Source: Pseudomonadota bacterium (GTDB taxonomy: Bacteria > Pseudomonadota > Alphaproteobacteria > Rhizobiales > CALHAX01). From it: 40,054 nucleotides of DNA. A model generated the notes under the pieces. It was not told where the DNA came from, searched no databases, and saw only the letters and a list, made by a program, of their open reading frames with translations. Below, one piece after another: positions 18,168-26,562 of this stretch. The stretch is from contig JBCBJG010000001.1 of the NCBI GenBank assembly GCA_038523655.1, positions 1 through 40,054 on the forward strand, given 5' to 3'. Numbering within the stretch: position 1 is the stretch's first letter; every line of letters starts with the position of its first letter. Both the position numbers and the translations under genes were made by a program.

Positions 18168-18878
18168 ATGTCGCGTTTCGCCACGAGTTTTTCCCTCGGC
18201 CCCGAGGCTCCTGAGTATCCGGAACTCGCCGGAAAACGGGTGCTGGTTACCGGCGCATCCAACGGCGTCGGCCACGCCATCGCCCAGGCATATGCCCGCC
18301 AAGGCTGCCAACTCATTCTTCAGTTCGACGGGGCGAGCCGAACCGATTTTGTTTTTGCGGATACGCTGCGGGAGATTGCGCCGGCTTTGCGGGTGTTCGA
18401 CTGCACGCTGAGCGACGAGGACGCCGCACAGCGGTTGGCCGCAACGGCGCTGCGCGCGTTTCAGGGCATCGATGTGCTGGTCCACAACGTGAGCGCTGTG
18501 CCGTTTGACACGGGTGATGCGCGGGATCTCGAGGCGTTCGATGCCGCCATTGCGGATAATCTGATGATCGCTTGCGGCATCAGCGAGCAGGTCGCGGATG
18601 CGATGCGCGCGTCAGCCACCGTTGGCTCGATCATCTACGCCGCGGAAGTCGGAAAGCTCACCAGCGATGAAGCGTACGCTCGCTATGCCGTCGCAAAGGT
18701 CGGGCTCGAAGCGATCACGCAAGGGCAGGCATGGGAATTCGCCGACGATGGGATCGGGGTGAACGCCCTGCTCGCCGGCCCCGATGCCGAGCACGCTGAA
18801 ATCGCGAGCGCCGCGGTGTACCAGGCGACCGAAGACGCGTTCTGGATCTCGGGAAAGACCCTAACGTTCGGCACCTGA
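18168..18878 (+). CDS. short-chain dehydrogenase/reductase (SDR) family protein
   Basis: ATG at 18168 within the longer track ORF. Motifs VLVTGASNGVGHAIA (TGxxxGxG) and the YAVAK catalytic Y-x3-K are present. Confidence 0.8.
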   Translation: MSRFATSFSLGPEAPEYPELAGKRVLVTGASNGVGHAIAQAYARQGCQLILQFDGASRTDFVFADTLREIAPALRVFDCTLSDEDAAQRLAATALRAFQGIDVLVHNVSAVPFDTGDARDLEAFDAAIADNLMIACGISEQVADAMRASATVGSIIYAAEVGKLTSDEAYARYAVAKVGLEAITQGQAWEFADDGIGVNALLAGPDAEHAEIASAAVYQATEDAFWISGKTLTFGT

Positions 18879-19080
18879 AGGGTCGCCGGGTCGATCGCTC
18901 CGCGCAGTGCACTGCGACTTTGCCGGACCGTCGCGCGTCAGCCGCACCAACCTGCCGATAACGACAGAACGGCTTCCGGCCGCCCTCGCACACCCGTCGC
19001 GCCAACCGGTCCGCTTGACCGTCGGGCCCGATCCCGGCTAGCGCGCTTGCGTCGGGCGACAACGGGGCGGGAGTGAAAAA

Positions 19081-19986
19081 ATGTGCGGGATCGTCGGGCT
19101 CTATCTCAAGAACCCGGAACTCGAGGAACAACTCGGCGCACTTTTCGCTCCGCTGCTCGTCGAAATGACTGATCGCGGGCCGGATAGCGCAGGCATCGCA
19201 ATTTTCCGCGACGACGTCGGTGCGGATGCGATCAAGCTCACGGTGTTTCACCCGGATACGGACTTCGATTGGGCGGGACTGCATCAAGCCTACGCCGGCC
19301 GGTTCGATCCCAAGGCCCGGATCGAACATCACGATAGTCACGTCGTCCTGATCGCTGATGCGGATGCCGAGGATGCAGTCGCATGGCTGCAAGACCAGGA
19401 TCCGCGACTGCAGGTGATGAGCCGCGGTGCGGCGATCGAGATCTACAAAGAGACCGGGCTCGCCGACGACATTCTTTCCCGTTTCGCGGTGCGACGGATG
19501 GCCGGCACGCACGCGGTTGGTCACACCCGGATGGCGACGGAAAGCGCGGTGACGACCGATGGGTCACATCCGTTCTCGACGGGTGCGGATCTCTGCCTCG
19601 TGCACAATGGATCGCTCTCGAACCATAACCGTTTGCGGGCGCGTCTCGCGAAGGAAGATGGCATCATCTGTCGGACACAAAACGATACTGAGGTGGCCGC
19701 TGCCTATATTTCCTCCCGACTGTCCCATGGCCGCACGCTCCATGGCGCGCTGGAGGACTGCCTCTCTGCACTCGACGGATTTTATACCTTTGTGGCCGGC
19801 ACCCGCGACGGGTTCGCGGTGCTGCGCGATCCAATCGCCTGCAAACCTGCGGTGCTTGCGGAGACGAATGACTACGTCGCGTTCGCTTCGGAATATCGTG
19901 CGCTGGTCAGCCTACCGGGTATCGCGGACGCCAACGTCTGGGAGCCGGAACCCGGCATCGTCTACAGCTGGGGCGGCAGTTCGTGA
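19081..19986 (+). CDS. class II (Ntn) glutamine amidotransferase, GlxB / N-methylglutamate synthase subunit A-like
   Basis: Begins MCGIVGLY (N-terminal nucleophile Cys). 301 aa. SD GGGAG. First gene of a four-gene cluster. Confidence 0.85.
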   Translation: MCGIVGLYLKNPELEEQLGALFAPLLVEMTDRGPDSAGIAIFRDDVGADAIKLTVFHPDTDFDWAGLHQAYAGRFDPKARIEHHDSHVVLIADADAEDAVAWLQDQDPRLQVMSRGAAIEIYKETGLADDILSRFAVRRMAGTHAVGHTRMATESAVTTDGSHPFSTGADLCLVHNGSLSNHNRLRARLAKEDGIICRTQNDTEVAAAYISSRLSHGRTLHGALEDCLSALDGFYTFVAGTRDGFAVLRDPIACKPAVLAETNDYVAFASEYRALVSLPGIADANVWEPEPGIVYSWGGSS

Positions 19987-20723
19987 GCGGGTCGCAGAGC
20001 ACGAAACCGCACGATGGCGCGGCTGCGGGAGACAACGCGGTCGTGCTTGATCTCGAGACGCTCGCGGTGCGGGACGCCAACGCCACCCTGCAGGAAAAGA
20101 ACGGGACGGAAGAGACCGGCTATTACCGGTTGCGGAACCCGCGCGGGACGCATGCGCTTGCTTGCGGGCTCGATGCGCCGATCGCCGTCGAGATCGACGG
20201 GCCGACCGGCTACTACTGCGCCGGGCTGAACAAGTCGGCCGACGTCACGATCAACGGGAACGCCGGGCAGGGTGTGGCCGAGAACATGATGAGCGGGCGG
20301 GTGCATGTGCGCGGCGACTGCTCGCAAGCGGCCGGGGCGACCGCGCATGGCGGCCTGCTCGTGATCGACGGCAATGCAGCTGCGCGGTGCGGTATCTCGC
20401 TCAAAGGTGCGGATATCGTCGTGAAGGGCGATGTGGGCCACATGTCCTGCTTCATGGCGCAGGCCGGCAGGCTCGTCGTGCTCGGCGATGCCGGTGCCGC
20501 GCTCGGCGACTCGCTCTACGAGACGCGGATTTACATCCGGGGCGCCGTTGAGAGTCTCGGGGCAGACTGCGTCGAGAAAGAGATGCGTGGCATGCACCAT
20601 GCCGAATTGCGCGAGCTGCTAGAAGCAGCAGGGTGCCACGATGTGCCGACAGACGGGTTCCGTCGCTACGGCTCGGCCCGCACGCTCTATTCTTTCAAGG
20701 TCGACAACATCGGCGCGTATTGA
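19983..20723 (+). CDS. GXGXG-motif glutamate-synthase C-terminal-domain protein, GlxC / MgsB-like
   Basis: GTG start overlaps the upstream stop (GTGA). Repetitive beta-helix-like G-rich blocks are present (INGNAGQGVAENM, VRGDCSQAAGATAHGG, VVKGDVGHMSCFMAQAG, VVLGDAGAALGDSL). Confidence 0.85.
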   Translation: MSGSQSTKPHDGAAAGDNAVVLDLETLAVRDANATLQEKNGTEETGYYRLRNPRGTHALACGLDAPIAVEIDGPTGYYCAGLNKSADVTINGNAGQGVAENMMSGRVHVRGDCSQAAGATAHGGLLVIDGNAAARCGISLKGADIVVKGDVGHMSCFMAQAGRLVVLGDAGAALGDSLYETRIYIRGAVESLGADCVEKEMRGMHHAELRELLEAAGCHDVPTDGFRRYGSARTLYSFKVDNIGAY

Positions 20724-20744
20724 GCCGATCGGGAGATAAATACC

Positions 20745-22070
20745 ATGTCCGATCCATCCTGGGCGCATCGCGAGTCAGCGACCTTCGACCGAACGACGAT
20801 CGCGGAAATTCAACGCGCAGCGCAAACCGGCATCTACCGGATCCGCGGGTTCGGCGCGAAACGGCAGGTGCCGTGCTTCGACGACCTGCTGTTTCTCGGT
20901 GCCTCGATGTCCCGGTATCCGCTCGAAGGGTACCGCGAGACGTGCGGGACGGACGTCGTGCTCGGCTCGCGGTTTGCATCGAAGCCGCTGGAACTCAAGA
21001 TGCCGGTCACGATCGCGGGCATGAGTTTCGGCGCGCTTTCGGCGCAGGCCAAGGAAGCGCTCGGGCGTGGTGCGTCGGAAGTCGGAACGTCGACGACCAC
21101 CGGTGACGGCGGCATGACGCAAGAAGAGCGCGGTCACTCCTCCATGCTCGTCTATCAGTATCTGCCGTCGCGTTACGGCATGAACCCAGACGACCTGCGC
21201 AAGGCGGATGCGATCGAAGTCGTCGTCGGGCAGGGCGCAAAGCCCGGCGGTGGCGGCATGCTGCTGGGAGAGAAAATTTCCGACCGCGTCGCGGAAATGC
21301 GCACGCTTCCGAAGGGGATCGATCAGCGCTCGGCCTGTCGCCACCCGGACTGGACCGGCCCGGACGATCTCGCGATCAAGATCACCGAATTGCGAGAAGT
21401 CACCGGTTGGGAAAAGCCGATCTTCGTGAAAGTCGGTGCAGCACGGCCTTACTACGACACGGCGCTGTCGATCAAAGCGGGGGCCGATGTCGTCGTGCTC
21501 GACGGGATGCAGGGTGGGACAGCGGCGACGCAGGATGTGTTCATCGAGAATGTCGGCATCCCGACGCTTGCGGCCGTTCGCGAGGCGGTGCGCGCGCTGA
21601 TCGATCTCGACATGCACCGCAAGGTACAGCTCGTTGTCGCTGGCGGGATTCGAACCGGGGCGGACGTAGCCAAAGCGCTCGCGATGGGGGCCGATGCCTG
21701 CTCGATTGGCACGGCTGCGCTGATCGCGCTCGGCGATAACGCGCCCGAGCACGAGGAGGAATACCGCAAGATCGGCACCACGGCCGGGTGTTGGGAAGAC
21801 TATCACAAGGGGAACGATCCCGCGGGCATCACCACGCAGGACCCGGATCTTGCCAAGCGGCTCGATCCGGAAGTTGGCGGGCGGCGGCTGGCAAATTATC
21901 TCCGCGTGCTCACACTCGAAGTGCAAACGCTCGCGCGGGCAAACGGCAAGAGCCACGTCCACAACCTCGAACCGGACGATCTGGTGGCACTCACGGTCGA
22001 AGCGGCGGCAATGGCCGGGGTGCCGCTGGCCGGGACCAATTGGATCCCAGGCGCGGACACCTCCCGCTGA
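20745..22070 (+). CDS. FMN-binding glutamate synthase family protein, GlxD / MgsC-like
   Basis: 441 aa with VVGQGAKPGGGGMLLG and VVLDGMQGGTAA...GGIRTGADVAKALAMGAD, typical of the GltB FMN domain. Confidence 0.9.
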   Translation: MSDPSWAHRESATFDRTTIAEIQRAAQTGIYRIRGFGAKRQVPCFDDLLFLGASMSRYPLEGYRETCGTDVVLGSRFASKPLELKMPVTIAGMSFGALSAQAKEALGRGASEVGTSTTTGDGGMTQEERGHSSMLVYQYLPSRYGMNPDDLRKADAIEVVVGQGAKPGGGGMLLGEKISDRVAEMRTLPKGIDQRSACRHPDWTGPDDLAIKITELREVTGWEKPIFVKVGAARPYYDTALSIKAGADVVVLDGMQGGTAATQDVFIENVGIPTLAAVREAVRALIDLDMHRKVQLVVAGGIRTGADVAKALAMGADACSIGTAALIALGDNAPEHEEEYRKIGTTAGCWEDYHKGNDPAGITTQDPDLAKRLDPEVGGRRLANYLRVLTLEVQTLARANGKSHVHNLEPDDLVALTVEAAAMAGVPLAGTNWIPGADTSR

Positions 22071-22184
22071 CGATTGCGCAGGTGGCGCGCAGCCAACATA
22101 CTCTTGCGGTGTAAGACCGGCAGTCTCCCCTCGGAGGGGCGGGGCGAGACGGCGCAAAATCAGAGATCATTCAGGGGAAAAACG

Positions 22185-23492
22185 ATGGCCGGTGAGCTTG
22201 CGCACTTTGTCCAGGATCGGGGCATTCGCTACGTGCTCTTCAATTTCACCGACCTATTCGGACATCAGCGCTCGAAGCTCGTGCCGGCCCCTGCGGTCGC
22301 GGACATGGAAGCGAGCGGCGCCGGTTTCGCCGGATTTGCGGCCTGGCTCGACATGGTGCCGGCCGACCCGGATATGTTCGCCGTGCCTGACGCCTCATCA
22401 GCCATTCAGCTCCCCTGGAAGAAGGATGTGGCGTGGGTCGCCGGCGATCTGATGATGGAAGGCGCCCCGGTCGCCCATGCGCCGCGCAACGTGCTCAAGC
22501 GGCTGGTCGCGGATGCGGCGGCGACGGGGTACCGGATGAAATCCGGCGTCGAGTGCGAGTATCACCTGATCAACGCGGACGGGACCGGGCTCGCCGACAG
22601 TGACGATACGCAGGCGAAGCCCTGCTATGATCAGGCCGCGCTGATGCGGCAATACGATATCGTCACGGAGATCTGTGACTGCATGATCGAGCTTGGTTGG
22701 GGCCCCTATCAGAACGATCACGAAGACGGAAACGGCCAGTTCGAAATGAACTGGGACTATGACGACGCGCTTGTCACTGCGGACCGGCATGCGTTCTTCA
22801 AATTTATGGTCAAGTCGATCGCGGAGAAAAATGGTCTGCGCGCGACCTTCATGCCGAAGCCATTTCTCGATCTAACGGGCAACGGCTGCCATGCGCATAT
22901 TTCGCTCTGGTCGACGGACGGCGCGACGAACGTGTTCGCAGACGATGCGGGCGAGATGGGCCTCTCCAAGACCGCGTATCATTTCCTCGGCGGGCTGATC
23001 CACAATGCGCAGGCGATGACCGCGATCACCAACCCGACGGTAAACTCGTTCAAGCGCATCAACGCACCGCGTACGCTCTCAGGCGCGACGTGGTCGCCGA
23101 ACACGGTGACGTACGGCGGTAACAACCGCACCCACATGATCCGCATTCCCGATCCGGGCCGCTTCGAGTTCCGGCTCGCTGACGGGGCCGCGAACCCGTA
23201 TCTGCTGCAGGCCGTAGCGCTCGCAGCCGGGCTCGATGGCATGGCGAACACGCGCGACCCTGGCGAGCGGCTCGACATTGACATGTATGCAGAGCCGGAG
23301 AAGGCACCGAACGCGAAGAAGCTGCCGCTCAACATGCTCGATGCCATTCGCGCGTTTGCGGACAGCCAGCCGTTGCGGGAGCGGCTCGGCGCGGAGTTCT
23401 GCGATGCGTTCGTGAAGCTCAAGACTGACGAGTGGAACGCCTACAGCCGGCACCTGACGCAATGGGAGCGCGATACGACGCTGGATATCTGA
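22185..23492 (+). CDS. type III glutamine synthetase family protein (GlnT / gamma-glutamylmethylamide synthetase GmaS-like)
   Basis: ATG at 22185 (AGGGGA SD) gives 435 aa: IRYVLFNFTDLFGHQRSKLVP..., GVECEYHL, ATFMPKPF...GNGCHAHISLW, NSFKRI. The longer track ORF start at 22074 has no support. Confidence 0.9.
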   Translation: MAGELAHFVQDRGIRYVLFNFTDLFGHQRSKLVPAPAVADMEASGAGFAGFAAWLDMVPADPDMFAVPDASSAIQLPWKKDVAWVAGDLMMEGAPVAHAPRNVLKRLVADAAATGYRMKSGVECEYHLINADGTGLADSDDTQAKPCYDQAALMRQYDIVTEICDCMIELGWGPYQNDHEDGNGQFEMNWDYDDALVTADRHAFFKFMVKSIAEKNGLRATFMPKPFLDLTGNGCHAHISLWSTDGATNVFADDAGEMGLSKTAYHFLGGLIHNAQAMTAITNPTVNSFKRINAPRTLSGATWSPNTVTYGGNNRTHMIRIPDPGRFEFRLADGAANPYLLQAVALAAGLDGMANTRDPGERLDIDMYAEPEKAPNAKKLPLNMLDAIRAFADSQPLRERLGAEFCDAFVKLKTDEWNAYSRHLTQWERDTTLDI

Positions 23493-23614
23493 GCGGGCGG
23501 CTCGCTCCATCTTCGGAGCAGTCGGGGCGCGCACGTGAAGCTCCGCGAGCGGTCTCCCACGAGCCCCGTCGCGCAGGTCCTGTAACGCGCAAGCTGACTG
23601 TCTGTTGACGGATG

Positions 23615-23638
23615 AAAACTGTGGTTTTCCGCAGTTTT
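23615..23638 (+). terminator. possible bidirectional terminator hairpin after the GS-like gene
   Basis: AAAACTGTGG-tttt-CCGCAGTTTT is a 10-bp stem (one G-U) with A/T tracts on both flanks, about 120 nt after the stop. The stem is AT-rich, so confidence is moderate only. Confidence 0.4.
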
Positions 23639-23714
23639 AGCCGCCTTTTCTTGCGGTGTGTCTGTTCGGTACCGACGCGTTGACGCGGGCGTTTCCCTCC
23701 CCCACGTCCATGCC

Positions 23715-24899
23715 ATGGCCAACGATCCATGGGAGGGGAACGTGGATACTGTCATCGAATTCTTCGTGCTTAACGGCGCGGTGATCACACTCGCTGTTGC
23801 GCTGTCGCTGGTTCTTGCGACCATCGTTTTCTGGACACGCATGAGGCTGGTCGCGAGCGCGCTGTCGCTGGTTGGCGGCGTACTGCTCGCGGGCGCCTGG
23901 TACTACGGGTCGGACTCGCAGCGAATTGCCGAACTCGAGGCCTTGCTGCGCAAGGCGGAGACGCAGAACGCGTCACTGCGCGATGATGCGCGGGTAGCCG
24001 ATGCCCGTGCGGAAGACGCATCGGAGCAGCTAGGCGCGGCGCTGCGGTTGCACGCCGACCAGCTGGCCCGCTTGCATACGCGGACGGATACGCTGATCGA
24101 TGGACTGGGCGACGATCTGCGCCCGGCGAGCCGGCAAGCGGACAGCCGCAACCGGGTAGACTGGTCGAGCGATGCGGACGTGACGCGCGAGAGCAACAAT
24201 CAGCGCTACACCGCCGTGCGTCGCGAGATCGATACGCTTGGACGGGCCCTCGCCGAAGCGCAACGTCGCCCGGCACGTCACGTCGCGGCCGCACCGGAGA
24301 GCGCGGCCGAGCCCGGTACGCTGTCACAGGAGCTGCGTGATCTGCGCTCGACCATGACGTACGGGCTCGAAACGGACGATTATGAGGTCGAGGTTCTGCC
24401 GGACAACGAGGTTATCCGGGGGCAGCGAGGTAAGTACTACGTGGTCGACCTCAAGGATGCGGCGCAGGGGATTAAATTCCGCTTCCCCGGCGGCAAATAC
24501 ACGCTCGCCCGGTCCGATGCTGCATTTCGTAAAGCGCTCAACTCTTTCGTCGGAGATATCGCCAAGAAACTGGAAGGCGGTGTGCGGTTCGGATTTTTCG
24601 TCCGCGGTAGTGCGGACAGCGTGCCATTCCGCGGTCGCCAGCTCGACGATTATCGCTACGAGGAGGTGCGCTATCTGAAGTCAGTTGGCGACGGTCGCTA
24701 TCGGCTCGGCGCAGAGACGCGGCAGATCGAGACCGCGATCCGTAACCCGGATCTGCCTTTCCTGCGGGCCCGGTTCCTGAAGGACGTGGTCGCGCAGACG
24801 TATCCGGTCTCCGCGCCGGTGGTCCTCGAAGGCTACATTACCGACCGGGCAGATCAGGAAGACCGGAACGTCGAGCTGATCCTCTACGTCGACTGGTAA
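23715..24899 (+). CDS. inner-membrane coiled-coil protein with OmpA/MotB-like C-terminal domain (hypothetical)
   Basis: Two TM helices (AVITLAVALSLVLATIVFW / LVASALSLVGGVLLAGAWYY), then a coiled coil (RIAELEALLRKAETQNASLRDD...). The C-terminus shows an OmpA_C-like pattern: FRFPGGKYTL...FFVRGSADSVPF...NPDLPFLRARFLKDVV...DRNVELILY. The start could also be GTG 23658. Confidence 0.6.
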   Translation: MANDPWEGNVDTVIEFFVLNGAVITLAVALSLVLATIVFWTRMRLVASALSLVGGVLLAGAWYYGSDSQRIAELEALLRKAETQNASLRDDARVADARAEDASEQLGAALRLHADQLARLHTRTDTLIDGLGDDLRPASRQADSRNRVDWSSDADVTRESNNQRYTAVRREIDTLGRALAEAQRRPARHVAAAPESAAEPGTLSQELRDLRSTMTYGLETDDYEVEVLPDNEVIRGQRGKYYVVDLKDAAQGIKFRFPGGKYTLARSDAAFRKALNSFVGDIAKKLEGGVRFGFFVRGSADSVPFRGRQLDDYRYEEVRYLKSVGDGRYRLGAETRQIETAIRNPDLPFLRARFLKDVVAQTYPVSAPVVLEGYITDRADQEDRNVELILYVDW

Positions 24900-24957
24900 G
24901 GAAGCGTTGCGCGCGGCGGGCTGAACCTGCCGCGTATCGCCTATGCGACCAACCACT

Positions 24958-26502
24958 CTATGCCGGGTCCTCGCCACGTTCGATCGCGGCGAGGACACTT
25001 TCAGCGCTTTCAAGATAGGCCTGTTTATTCTCTTCTTTCATCCGGTCCCAGGTGCTGTAGGCGCGTGAAATGCGTGGATTTCCCTCCAGCTTATCCCGGT
25101 TGCGGACCAAGAAATCCCAATACAGCGGGTTGAAGGGGCAGGCGCCTTCGCCGGTCTTGCGCGCGACCTTGTATTCACACGCCGCGCAGTAGTTCGACAT
25201 CTTCGAGATGTAATTCCCGCTCGCGGCGTAGGGTTTGGAGGCGAGCAGACCGCCGTCACCGAACTGGCTCATACCGAGGACGTTCGGCAGCTCGACCCAC
25301 TCGTACGCATCGGCGTAGACCACAAGATACCACTCGTGGACCTCCTTTGGGTGCGCGCCGTACAGCATGGCGAAGTTGCCGGTGACCATCAGGCGCTGAA
25401 TGTGGTGCGCGTAGGCGTCGGTCTTGGTCTGGCCAATCGCCTCCGCAAGACACTTCATCCGTGTCTGCCCAGACCAATAAAACTCCGGCAGTGCACGCTC
25501 GGCGCTGAGGAAATTCTGCTCGACGTACTCCGGCATTTCCAGCCAGTAGATGCCACGCACATATTCGCGCCAGCCAATGATCTGGCGGATAAAACCCTCG
25601 ACCGCATTGAGCGGCGCGCCGTCCCGGTAGGCCTGCTCGACCTTGCGGCAAACCTCGAGCGGATCAAGCAAGCCGGCGTTGATGTAGAACGAGACGAGTG
25701 AGTGGTAGAGCGTTTTTTCTCCTACCAGCATGGCGTCCTGGTAATCGCCGAAGCGCGTGAGCCGATGCGTGATAAATTCGTCGACGACCTGCTCTGCCTG
25801 GGCCGCCGTCACGGCGAGACCGAACGGGCGCAACTCCCCGAAGTGGTTGCCAAACCGGCGCTCAACCAGCTGCAGCACCTCTAGCGTCGTCTCGTCGGGC
25901 TCGAACGTGAGCGGCGCCGGCATCGCGAGATCCTCAGAGGCGGGCTTGCGGTTCTCCGCGTCGAAATTCCATTTCCCTCCCGCCGGTTCGTCGTCGTCCA
26001 TCAACAGCCCGGTCTTGCGGCGCATTTCGCGATAGAAATATTCCATCCGAAGCTGTTTGCGCCCAGACGCCCAGTCCTCGAACTCCGGCAGCGTCGCGAC
26101 GAACCGGCGGTCCGGGAGGATATCGACCGGGACGTCCAGCGTTTCACTCCACCCGCGCATGGCCTCCATCACGCGGTACTCACCGGGCTCGGTCACAACC
26201 ACGCGCTCGGGCTTTATCCGCGCGACCGCGCGCTCGACCTCGCCGGTGAAGCTACCGGTGTTCTTCGCGTCATCGAGCCGCGTGTAATCCACCGTCCAGC
26301 CCTTCTCGCGCAGCTCGTCCGCGAAGTGGCGCATCGCCGAGAAAATGAAGGCGATTTTCTTCTGGTGATGCGGGACGTAGGTCGCTTCCTCGGCAACTTC
26401 GCACATGAGGACGCGGTCGTTCTCCGGATCGCCGAGGGCGAGCGAAGAGAGCGGGTGACTCAGCTGATCGCCGAGCACGAGAATGAGATTTTCCGTGGTC
26501 AT
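24958..26502 (-). CDS. Fe-S bacterial cryptochrome/photolyase family protein (FeS-BCP; CryB/PhrB (6-4) photolyase-like)
   Basis: LILVLGDQLS N-terminus plus four Cys in the pattern seen in PhrB/CryB (MKCLAE ... YCAACEYKV...GACPFNPLYW). The ATG at 26502 gives the family-typical N-terminus; the track's GTG at 26529 is the alternative. Confidence 0.9.
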   Translation of the reverse strand: MTTENLILVLGDQLSHPLSSLALGDPENDRVLMCEVAEEATYVPHHQKKIAFIFSAMRHFADELREKGWTVDYTRLDDAKNTGSFTGEVERAVARIKPERVVVTEPGEYRVMEAMRGWSETLDVPVDILPDRRFVATLPEFEDWASGRKQLRMEYFYREMRRKTGLLMDDDEPAGGKWNFDAENRKPASEDLAMPAPLTFEPDETTLEVLQLVERRFGNHFGELRPFGLAVTAAQAEQVVDEFITHRLTRFGDYQDAMLVGEKTLYHSLVSFYINAGLLDPLEVCRKVEQAYRDGAPLNAVEGFIRQIIGWREYVRGIYWLEMPEYVEQNFLSAERALPEFYWSGQTRMKCLAEAIGQTKTDAYAHHIQRLMVTGNFAMLYGAHPKEVHEWYLVVYADAYEWVELPNVLGMSQFGDGGLLASKPYAASGNYISKMSNYCAACEYKVARKTGEGACPFNPLYWDFLVRNRDKLEGNPRISRAYSTWDRMKEENKQAYLESAESVLAAIERGEDPA

Positions 26503-26562
26503 GGCCTCGGTACGGTCGCGGGCGCTCACCGGTTCCGTCGTCGGATGTCGCGGTCCGAGGCG

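Noticed and set aside
18903-18925. Sigma-54 (-24/-12) promoter for the GS-like cluster, around GTGCAC...TTTGC.
   Set aside because: The -24 GG is not present (TG instead), and the GG-to-GC spacing is off by about 3 nt from the TGGCAC-N5-TTGCW consensus.
20775-22157. 460-aa minus-strand ORF, and similar long shadow ORFs: 18715..19524 -, 35306..36637 +, 6758..7855 +, 7950..8869 +, 11139..12197 +, 26326..27282 +, 14730..15644 +, 5046..5903 -, 4011..5030 -, 16153..17181 -, 30..512 -.
   Set aside because: Each lies antisense to, or out of frame within, a gene with clear family motifs. The products are Arg/Pro/Ala/Ser-rich low-complexity sequences without motifs. Long stop-free antisense frames are expected at this GC content.
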